Below, piece after piece: positions 50,640 to 60,267 of a stretch of 60,267 bases of DNA. The notes below the pieces were generated by a model, which had not been told where the DNA came from, searched no databases, and saw only the letters and a program-made list of their open reading frames with translations. The DNA lies in assembly GCF_001194135.2 (NCBI RefSeq), contig NC_068998.1, forward strand, positions 31,748,033 through 31,808,299, written 5' to 3'. The first letter of the stretch is position 1, and every line of letters begins with the position of its first letter. This DNA is from Octopus bimaculoides. Its lineage: Eukaryota. A program made the translations under genes and the position numbers.

Positions 50640-50864
50640 ATTCTATTCTTTTATTTGACTCATTTGATTGTGGCAATGCTGGAACACCGCCTTTAGTTGA
50701 ACAAATCGACCCCAGGACTTATTCTTTGTAAGCCTAGTACTTATTCTATCGGTTGCTTTTGCTGAACCAGTAAGTTACAGGGATGTAAACACCCTAGCAT
50801 CAGTTGTCAAGTGATCAAGTGATGCTGGGAGGACAAAAACAAACATACACACACACATGCATAT

Positions 50865-50909
<45 letters not shown>

Positions 50910-50945
50910 TAGGCTTCTTTCAGTTTCCATCTACCAAATCCACTC
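50640..50945 (-). mobile_element. SINE family A (tail, TA tract, truncated head)
   Basis: Tail at 50640-50850, (TA)n, then ggcttctttcagtttccatctaccaaatccactca. Confidence 0.85.
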
Positions 50946-50949
50946 ATAT

Positions 50950-51290
50950 ATTCATCATCATCATCATCATCATCATTTAATGTTTGTTCTCCATGCTGGC
51001 ATAGATGGATTGCACAGTCTGACAGGAATTGGCCAGCTGGAGAACTGCCCAGGCTCTGCTTGTCTGTTTTGACAAGGTTTCAGTAGCTAGATGCCCTTCT
51101 TAGTGCCAATCACTTTGCAAAGTGAATTGGATGCATTTACATGGCATCAGCACAGGTGCTTTTATGTGGCACTGGAACAGGCCCCTTTACATGTCACTGT
51201 CACGAGTGCGTTTCTATGGCAGCTGCACGGGCGTTTTTACATGGCCTGGCATTGGCAGTTTTACATGACACCAGCACCCATGAACCTGCA
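50950..51290 (-). mobile_element. RTE LINE 3' UTR with (GAT)n tail
   Basis: catcatcatcatttaatgtttgttctccatgctggcat...; parallels 47300-47520. Confidence 0.75.
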
Positions 51291-52090
51291 AGACTTGGAT
51301 CTCTCAGCTGAACGTAAAGGACATGCCTGTATCTATGGATGGTCATGACTTTCCACTGAAAGTTGATGGAGTAGTAAATGCAAGCTTTGCATCATCAAAA
51401 AAGTTAAACATTATAACACCGAAAACAAATGTTCTAAACATTAAGGATTGAACCCTCTCCCCCTGCATGAATAAGCAACATTTTGCACTTTGAAATTTCA
51501 GTCTGAACTCACAATCCCATGGACTAAGTTTGATACCATGATATGCAAAGAAAGAAATATGTGAAACTCTATAACCATGTGTACATCTGTGCAAATACAA
51601 ACAAGTTTACATACTCAAAATGAATAATGCAGGTATGGTTGTTTGAGCAAGTGTGTGAGTGTGCACATATGCATGGATGCACATGTGCATCCATGCATGT
51701 ATATATTTATAAATTTGAATTAATGCAAGAAAGGTAATGATTGAGAGTTGTTAACCCTGATTTGTATATTCATTTGTTTAGTCCAAAATCTCTCATGGTC
51801 TCATGTGACTTCATTGTGTTTTCATCGAAGATGGAAATGAGCACCAACATCCCATGTGGCAGTCTTGATAATTGCTAAGATTTGTCTCTGCATGAAACCA
51901 GTGGTAGACTTGTCAACCCAGAAGAAAAAAATGAAGTGTATATATATATATATATCATCATAAATATACAGGGATTAGCATTGAGTTGCTTCTCCAACAT
52001 ACTGAAAATTTAGAAATAGCAGTCAAAGAACTACTGATTCTAAACTACAAATTTTTCTCTAAACGGATGGCGATATTTATGGCACACATA

Positions 52091-52753
52091 NNNNNNNNNN
52101 NNNNNNNNNNNNNNNNNNNNNNNNNNNNNNNNNNNNNNNNNNNNNNNNNNNNNNNNNNNNNNNNNNNNNNNNNNNNNNNNNNNNNNNNNNNNNNNNNNNN
52201 NNNNNNNNNNNNNNNNNNNNNNNNNNNNNNNNNNNNNNNNNNNNNNNNNNNNNNNNNNNNNNNNNNNNNNNNNNNNNNNNNNNNNNNNNNNNNNNNNNNN
52301 NNNNNNNNNNNNNNNNNNNNNNNNNNNNNNNNNNNNNNNNNNNNNNNNNNNNNNNNNNNNNNNNNNNNNNNNNNNNNNNNNNNNNNNNNNNNNNNNNNNN
52401 NNNNNNNNNNNNNNNNNNNNNNNNNNNNNNNNNNNNNNNNNNNNNNNNNNNNNNNNNNNNNNNNNNNNNNNNNNNNNNNNNNNNNNNNNNNNNNNNNNNN
52501 NNNNNNNNNNNNNNNNNNNNNNNNNNNNNNNNNNNNNNNNNNNNNNNNNNNNNNNNNNNNNNNNNNNNNNNNNNNNNNNNNNNNNNNNNNNNNNNNNNNN
52601 NNNNNNNNNNNNNNNNNNNNNNNNNNNNNNNNNNNNNNNNNNNNNNNNNNNNNNNNNNNNNNNNNNNNNNNNNNNNNNNNNNNNNNNNNNNNNNNNNNNN
52701 NNNNNNNNNNNNNNNNNNNNNNNNNNNNNNNNNNNNNNNNNNNNNNNNNNNNN
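52091..52753. other. Assembly gap
   Basis: Run of N. Confidence 1.
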
Positions 52754-53454
52754 AACCATCTGTGTATCATATTCATGATACATTGTTGAAAAATAAATTT
52801 CCTGTGGTATTCATCCAGAGATAATATCTCTCATAAATGTTTCATTAAAAAAAAAATTATATATATGTTAGAGACAGATGAAAATTATCCCACCAGTACG
52901 TGGTAAGAATGCTAGATGAACATTTCTGCCTTGTTGGATTTTGTCTGGTATGTACTCACAGTCAGTGCGAAAACGAAATCTGTTGCCGCTGATATAGGAA
53001 GACATTGAATCACTGGTAGTGCAAATAGCTGTCCAGTTGAATTAAGTCTCATTATATGCAGCAGAAACTATTTGTGTATCATACTAATTGTAGGTATATC
53101 ATGTAAGTAAAATTTCCTGTAGTATTTGTCCAGAGATAATATCACTTGTGGATACTGTAAGGATGATTTCCATCTGCCTGTGCTACATATTGCATTTTTA
53201 AACATTACACGTTCTTAAGAGATGCTATTTCTGGATGAATAGTGCAGGAAATTTCCTTTTTTGCAATGTAACTACATTAAATATGATATGTAGATCATCA
53301 TCATCATCATCATCATCATCATTGTTTAACGTCCTTTAATCTAAAACTGTTTCTGTTGCATATAATAGATGTGTGTGTGCATGTAAGCATATGTGTATAT
53401 ATGGATAAATACTTGTATTTATTATGGGTGTGTTTGTATATATTTCCATATATA

Positions 53455-53611
53455 CAGGTGCAGTTGTATGGTAAGAAGCTTGGTTTCCAACCACATGGTT
53501 CCAGGTTCAGTCCCACTGCATGGCAACTTGGGCAAGTGTCTTCTATTATAGCCTTGGGCTGACCAAAGAATTGTGAGTGGATTTAGTTGATGGAAACTGA
53601 AAGAAGCTTGT

Positions 53612-53615
<4 letters not shown>
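53455..53615 (+). mobile_element. SINE family A head followed by (TA)n
   Basis: gttgtatggtaagaagcttggtttccaaccacatggttccaggttcagtcccactg...gatggaaactgaaagaagc. Confidence 0.9.
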
Positions 53616-53659
<44 letters not shown>

Positions 53660-54164
53660 AGATCCAAGGATCAAGGTGTAGGAAGAAAGTTAGCTTCAGA
53701 CAATCTGTAGTGAATATAAAAAAAACTTTCAGGGACAATATTGAAACAGGAGACTGTGGATATTTTTTGTATCGAAATATGATAAACTGAAAAAAGTTCT
53801 TTTTATATTTCATGGTAGGTGACTAGTATCGCTGGGTGTGTGAATAAGAATACAAGAATTATGGAATGGAGTAGATAAGATCTGGGCTACATATGTTTCA
53901 TAGCGAGTGGAACCTCAGATGCAGTTATGATTGTCCTTGTTAATACTTATACACACCAACCTTAAGAATAATTTTTTTAATACAAACCCTATGTCCTTAA
54001 TTTTGTTTAGACAAGGACAATTCCCCACAAACACACCCATCAAAGGTCAACACACATCAATATATACTGAAACAGTTTAATCTATTCTACATTTTTGACT
54101 TGCCCTGCCCAGGGTAAATCTCAGATTAGATAGTCAATTTTTTAACATAATAAACAGATTTAAG

Positions 54165-54310
54165 GTAGAATTATTAGCATGCCAGGAAAAATGCTTAGTG
54201 GCATTTCGACTGTCTTTATGTTCTGAGTTCAAATTTTGCTGTGGTCAACTTTGCTTTTCATCCTTTCGGGTCAATAAAATAAGTACTAGTTGAGCACTGG
54301 GGTCACCTGA
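54165..54310 (+). mobile_element. SINE family C
   Basis: aaatgcttagtggcatttcg...gttctgagttcaaattttgctgtggtcaactttgcttttcatcctttcggg. Confidence 0.85.
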
Positions 54311-54430
54311 CTCACCTGTCTTTTCTCTTCCCATGGCTCATATCATGTTTATTCTTTTACACATTGGAGAAAATTTACCAAATCTTCCTCTGCACAACTA
54401 TAAACTGAACAGTAATTGCACCAAACTCAC

Positions 54431-54481
54431 CTGTTTATGAGAATCTGTAAAACTACCAAGCCACTCTGCCACCTTCTTTGA
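54431..54481 (-). CDS. Candidate 51-nt internal exon of an unidentified host gene (SKKVAEWLGSFTDSHKQ)
   Basis: Minus strand: long polypyrimidine tract ...ctctttttcttttgttttgcttttgataattttAG, an open 17-codon frame, then CAG|GTGAGT donor; sequence not recognised as a repeat. Product unknown. Confidence 0.3.
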
Positions 54482-56031
54482 CTAAAATTATCAAAAGCAA
54501 AACAAAAGAAAAAGAGGGAAACCCCCACCCCCCAGTCAATCCAGAATCTAAGTAGACTGGGAATGGCTTGGGATGGCAAGGTTTAGTCAATAGAAGAATT
54601 TGATAAGTTCAATTGGTGTGAAGAGTTTATATACTAATGCTTTAGCACCTTGTCCTTCCTCCTAGAGAGAGAAAGTGGTGCTTTGGTTTGGCTAGTAATG
54701 GATGAATGGAACCAGCTGACAGAATGAAGTTGTGAAAGTGTCAGTATGAGCGATGAGACAAGGCATCATTGGAGTAGTTGAAAGTGTCTGAGTTCTGAGA
54801 TATGTGAAGGACTATTACTTAGACTGGATCTACAGTTGCAGACATTGATGAGTAGAAACTTGGTTTATAATCATGAGTTTTTGGGTTCAGTCCCATTGTG
54901 CAGTATGTTAGGTATGTGTCTTTTACCATATCCTAGGAAGGACCAAAGACTTGTGAGACAAATGTATAATACTCACATAAATCAACAAATGCATATATTT
55001 AGTTTCAATGTATATATGTATGTTTGCTTGTATGCATAAAACAATTATTAACTCACATATAAGTATATGAACAAATATACTTACATAAATACATCATATG
55101 ACTATAATAAATTCTATACACAAATGTATAAATATGTATGTGTGTGTGTGGATATATATATATATATATATATCAGTACATACATACATACACATATACA
55201 TATATTCTCCCCTTCTCTCTTACACATGTACACATACGCATGCACATATATATGCATACATGACATGCACACACACATGCACACATACACACACACATAT
55301 CAATACACACTAAGCATTGTGTAAATGTGTGTGTATGTATGTTTATGTAAACCCATTAGGGACATTATATATGAAAATAACAAAATAGACAAAAAATTAG
55401 AATGTAAAATGGGAGTTGGTGGCAGTGGAAAAATAGGAAGAGTGGAAAAGTATATAGAAATGAGTGGCAGTGGAGGAGATGGTAAAATTAGGAGAAAAAG
55501 AATCAGGAGATGTAGAAGGAAGAGGAGGAGGAGGAGGAAGGAACAAGTAGTTGTGAAGTAAGTAAAACAACACCAAAAAATCAGACTAAATAACAAATTC
55601 ATAGAAGCAGAGCCAGCAGATAGCTAATATTGATTTATTGAACAGCTAAAGTAACAAAAAATTGAAATAAAATTCTGAGGAAACATTTTTACTTCATGTT
55701 ACCACCTTCATCATCATCATCATGACCACCACCACCACCATTACCACATTCCTAAAACTAGAAATCCTGATTGTTATTTATTAGATATGGATGGAAAATT
55801 GTTAAAGAATCTGATGATACGTTTTATAGTATTACGGATTTTGATGTCCTGAGCTTGGTAGATAGGACAAAATTTTACAAACTTTCAACATCATTTTGCA
55901 TCCTTTGAGTATCAGAAAATAAGTACCAGTACTGAGGCCCATTTCACTGACTGTCTTTAATATTATTACTGTAATTTGTCTTGTTCTGGATAGAGTTAGT
56001 AGTTTAGATTCTATCTAGAGGTCTGTGTGTG

Positions 56032-56077
<46 letters not shown>

Positions 56078-56379
56078 TGTGTGTGTGTGCGTGTGTGGGT
56101 GTGTATGCATGCGTGTGTGAAGTGGTATCCATTAGTTTTCACATTGACACTCCTTGAGCAGTAGTGACTGACAATATGTCCCAGCAGCTCAGTAGAAATT
56201 GGTTTCAGTAAGGGCCTCTGACTATAGAACTCAATATATCTTATTCGTTTAGGCAAACAGGGAAAAAGCAGACAAGAAAATCAGTCATAATACTGCTGCT
56301 CTTGATGAATGTGTGTATATCATTTATTCTTTTATTGCTTTAGCCATTGGAGTGGGAACTTGCTACAGGACAGGTTCTT

Positions 56380-56476
56380 AATAAAGGATATTAGTAGTAA
56401 TAAAGGATATTAGTAGTAATAAAGGATATTAGTAGTAATAAAGGATATTAGTAGTAATAAAGGATATTAGTAGTAA
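56380..56476. repeat. 19-bp tandem repeat aataaaggatattagtagt x5
   Basis: Five identical units seen directly. Confidence 0.97.
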
Positions 56477-56679
56477 CTAGTTCCAAGAATTACCTTGAGT
56501 AAAGTTAACTGTAGTTACCAGCTCCATCGTTGATGAGAGAGTAAGGTAGATTACGAGTGGAAGGTCTGCAAGGAATACAGGACAGTATAAAGGAAAGATA
56601 GAAATGTAAATACACAAGAGTAGATAGAGAATAACTGGAATAGTGAGAGTGTATATAACAGGTGTTAATGGTATCTTTT

Positions 56680-56762
56680 ATCTTTTACTTGTTTCAGTCA
56701 TTTGACTGTGGCCATGCTGGGGCGCTGCCTTGAAGGGTTTTAGTTGAACAAATCAACCCCAT
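56680..56762 (-). mobile_element. SINE family A tail fragment
   Basis: ttttacttgtttcagtcatttgactgtggccatgctggggcgctgccttgaag. Confidence 0.8.
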
Positions 56763-56767
56763 TGAAA

Positions 56768-56874
56768 ATCTACAATGGTTCCATAACTCCCATCTCAGCT
56801 ATGAGCTTGGAGCTCTGGTAATCCGTTTCAGCACTTACCCAGCATACCTAGTTGTTTAGATCACCTGTGAACTA
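56768..56874 (+). repeat. Dispersed repeat matching the reverse complement of 39376-39482 (PLE-associated)
   Basis: aatctacaatggttc(c/a)ataactccc...gtttagatcacctgtgaac is shared. Confidence 0.75.
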
Positions 56875-56968
56875 AACCTCCATATTTTGTATATACGTAT
56901 ATATATATACATATATATATATACACACATATGGTGAAGCAAATGCTTGCTGATTCCTTAATTATGTG

Positions 56969-57080
<112 letters not shown>

Positions 57081-57104
57081 TAAATAGTATACAAATAATT
57101 TATG

Positions 57105-57525
57105 TATTTATACACATAAGAGGTGACCTTTAACAGGACACCTTACATGCTAGAAAGGGCAGTTAAAGCCCAAACCACGAATGAGAGTAATTTCAAAGAG
57201 AATGAAAATCTTTTTGTAGTTACTCTTAGACTTGAGTTTCTGCAACAATGTGCAAATAAATTAATTTGCCATCCATGTTTCTTCAGTAAGGGTGCTAAAA
57301 TTAATGTATATTTATGCAGCACTGAAAATTCACATGCTACATACTTATACATTATAGTAATAATATTAAAGACACAGTGAAAATAAACTTGAGTCTAAGG
57401 GTAACTACAAAAATATTTTTATTTTCATTCCCTTTGAAATTACTCTTATTCATGGTTTGGGCTTTAACTGCCCTTTCTAGCATGTAAGGTGTCCTGTTAA
57501 AGGTCACCTTTTTTGTGTATAAATA
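57105..57525. mobile_element. MITE with TIRs of about 130 bp
   Basis: tatttatacaca..aggtgacctttaacaggacaccttacatgctagaaaggg... is mirrored at 57386-57525; mirror ORFs contain TFNRTPYMLERAVKAQT. Confidence 0.9.
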
Positions 57526-57655
57526 TTCTTTTATTCTTTTACTTGTTTCAGTCATTTGACTGTGACCATGCTGGGGCACCGCCTTTAGTCGAATAAATTG
57601 ACCCCAGGACTTATTCTTTGTAAGCCTAGTACCTATTTTATCGATCTCTTTTGCC
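57526..57655 (-). mobile_element. SINE family A tail
   Basis: ttcttttacttgtttcagtcatttgactgtgaccatgctggggcaccgcctttagtcg. Confidence 0.88.
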
Positions 57656-57699
57656 ATATGGTTTCAGTTTCATTCCTACTGTATATCACCTTGTGTAAG

Positions 57700-57960
57700 T
57701 ACTGTCTATGATAGTTTTGGACCACCATTCCTTGTAAGGGAAATTGGTGGATGGAAACTATGTGGAAGCCCCTTGAAGTAGTACCTTGTCTCCAACCCAC
57801 TGGGTGAGACTGGTGATAGTTTGTTACATCTCTGTAGGCAAAAGAGAAAGATAGAATAAGTACCAGGCTTTAAAAAATTAGTACAGGGATGACTAATTTG
57901 ACTAAACCCATCAAGGTAAGGCTCCAGCTTGGCTTCAATCCAATGACTGAGACAGATAAA
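57700..57960 (+). mobile_element. SINE family A variant (decayed)
   Basis: ttggtggatggaaact...gcaaaagagaaagatagaataagtaccaggc...ggctccagcttggc...aatgactgagacag. Confidence 0.6.
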
Positions 57961-58490
57961 AGATACACTCCCCCCCCAACACATACACACATGCACACCC
58001 TTATAAACACACAATATCAAGAAAAAAAGATGAGTGATACATTTTAATTACTTCGTACTTCCCTATGGTATGTTTCTATAATACAAAATAAGTTTGTATC
58101 ATTTCTTCTGAAGCTAAAACAAAAATGAATGCAAGAATATTTCATAGAATGTTTCTAAATAGTAAGATATTCTCAGAAAACACCATAGACACAATGTCTA
58201 CATCAAAGAGGTAATATATGATTGCATTATACATAAATCAGCAGAGTTATTAAAAACACTGATGCAAGAGAGACTCAAGAAGAGTTAAGTTACCAATCCA
58301 TTTTTGATTGTGTAAGGAATCTACAATCAAATGGCTGGAGGTTATAAATAAGGGACCCCCCCCCCCAAAAAAAAACGAAGCATGGAAGAAAATACATTGA
58401 CAGCAAAATAAAATAGATAATTACTAATACAGGAATGAAGATATAGACATTAAGATAATCATTCATATACATGTATGTATGTATGTATGT

Positions 58491-58703
58491 NNNNNNNNNN
58501 NNNNNNNNNNNNNNNNNNNNNNNNNNNNNNNNNNNNNNNNNNNNNNNNNNNNNNNNNNNNNNNNNNNNNNNNNNNNNNNNNNNNNNNNNNNNNNNNNNNN
58601 NNNNNNNNNNNNNNNNNNNNNNNNNNNNNNNNNNNNNNNNNNNNNNNNNNNNNNNNNNNNNNNNNNNNNNNNNNNNNNNNNNNNNNNNNNNNNNNNNNNN
58701 NNN
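58491..58703. other. Assembly gap within a (TACA)n tract
   Basis: Run of N. Confidence 1.
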
Positions 58704-59317
58704 ATACATACATACATACATACATACATGCACAAACACTACACACACACACATACATGTACACATGGATATGTACAGAGATACTTGCATACATTTGCAT
58801 AAACACATATTTGTATGCATATGCATGTTGGATATTCACATATACCAGTGCTCACTGACTTACACAAATATATACTAATACACAAGCACACACATACACA
58901 TATACATACCTGCTCAAAGACAGGTTCATGGATACAGATATGCAAATAGACATAACTGGACATATATAAATATATGCTTATTCATAGTTACACTCACACA
59001 CAGCTAGTATTTAAAAAAAGAACAGTTATATTAAAACTGCAGTTAGACAATGTTTACAAATATGAAAATATCTATACATCTATATGTATGTCTATTTTTA
59101 CCTTCATTGCAATTTCAAGGACACAAAAAAAAAGTAAACAAAATATATTGCATATTAAATATGTGTAACGTCAAATTATTCAAAGAATGTGATAGAATGA
59201 GAAGGGAAAATTAAAGATCACCATCTGAGTCTCATTAATGCTAGAAGAATGAAATAATTGTCTTGTAAATTAGACAGAAGTGCAATTCTTAGTTATTATA
59301 GGTATAGATGTGGTATA

Positions 59318-59548
59318 GGCACAGGCATGGTTGTATGGTGAGAAGTTTGCTTCCCAATCACATGATTCTGGGTTCAGTCCCACTGTGTAACACCTTGGGT
59401 GAGTGTCTTCTACTATAACCTTGAGCCAACCCAAGCCTTGTAAGTGGATTTGGTAGAAGGAAATTAAAAGAAATCTGTTATATATATATATGTGTGTGTG
59501 TATGTGCGCGTGTATATATGTGTGTGTGTGTGTGCATGCATGTGTGTG

Positions 59549-59585
<37 letters not shown>

Positions 59586-59808
59586 ATGTATATATTTGTG
59601 TGTCTTTGTGAATCGATTGTTACCTACCACCACTTGACAACTGGTGTTGGTGTGTTTACCTCCCTGTAACTTAGCAGCCCAGCAAAGAGACCAATAAAAT
59701 GAGTACCAGGCTTTACAAAAAAGTACTGGAAGTGATTTGCTCAACTAAAATTCTTCAAGGCAGTGCCCCAACATCATTGTAGTCTAATGATTGAAACAAG
59801 TGAAAGAT
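59318..59808 (+). mobile_element. SINE family A, full structure (head 59318-59478, TA/TG tract, tail 59600-59808)
   Basis: Head ggcacaggcatggttgtatggtgag...gggttcagtccc, about 120 bp of microsatellite, then the conserved tail ending gaaacaagtgaaag. Confidence 0.9.
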
Positions 59809-60180
59809 AGATTATCATGAACTTTAGTCATATGATACTTAAATACCTTTAAACCCTTATGGTTATAATTAGTCCCAAGGAAAAAGCGGTGAATATGTAG
59901 CACCCAAAAAATAGTTAAATGTAGTTAGCAAAAATGTTAATCAAACAGACTGAATTAAGGATTTTTAATTTTGGGTAAGAGTTTTGAAGTGGTTAGTTTA
60001 AGTTTGAATAATTATATGAAAAAGAGCGGTCATGTGAAAACAGAGGCAAATTGTAACTTGCAAATGAATACTGCTGGCAGTACTGTGCAAGCAGTTAATA
60101 AGAGCTCGCCACAGCTGACAAAGTAAAGTATTGATTTTTTCTTGGTGGGTGTGTATCACGTTTTTCTGTATGTATATATG

Positions 60181-60226
<46 letters not shown>

Positions 60227-60267
60227 CACACACATATCATGCAAAAAATAAAGAAAAGAAAATGCAC

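Noticed and set aside
51308-51451. Possible terminal exon LNVKDMPVSMDGHDFPLKVDG...
   Set aside because: The acceptor lies at the edge of a LINE UTR fragment, I recognise no homology, and there is no supporting upstream exon.
54316-54390. Second CAG|GTGAGT donor on the minus strand
   Set aside because: It lies at the end of a SINE, the upstream frames contain stops, and the implied intron would be only about 40 nt.
60003-60123. Open stretch SLNNYMKKSGHVKTEANCNLQMN...
   Set aside because: Splice signals are weak and there is no recognisable domain.

Overview
Eukaryotic, repeat-saturated, non-genic or intronic DNA from a draft assembly with six N gaps. The SINE and LINE families resemble those I recall from Octopus (cephalopod mollusc); this is an inference from memory, not a database result. 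I found no recognisable host protein-coding gene; the best candidate is one 51-nt minus-strand micro-exon at 54431-54481. Almost everything interpretable is a nested pile of mobile elements: R4/Dong-like RLE non-LTR retrotransposons (4 pieces), RTE LINEs, six or more Penelope-like (GIY-YIG) fragments including one with an inverted terminal repeat, two internally deleted Gypsy-type LTR elements with 5-bp TSDs, three DD37D (maT) Tc1/mariner copies plus a classical mariner fragment, a hAT MITE, four fold-back/MITE-like palindromes, three tRNA-type SINE families, and many microsatellites. There is also a decayed 28S rRNA fragment. Most long ORFs in the supplied track are microsatellite or N-gap artefacts. 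I found no clearly new biological system. The most interesting items are a long palindrome associated with a hammerhead-like core, microsatellite-targeted RLE insertions, a TRIM-like LTR element whose removal restores its host LINE, and RFX X-box motifs beside an old inverted repeat. Boundaries of decayed elements are approximate.
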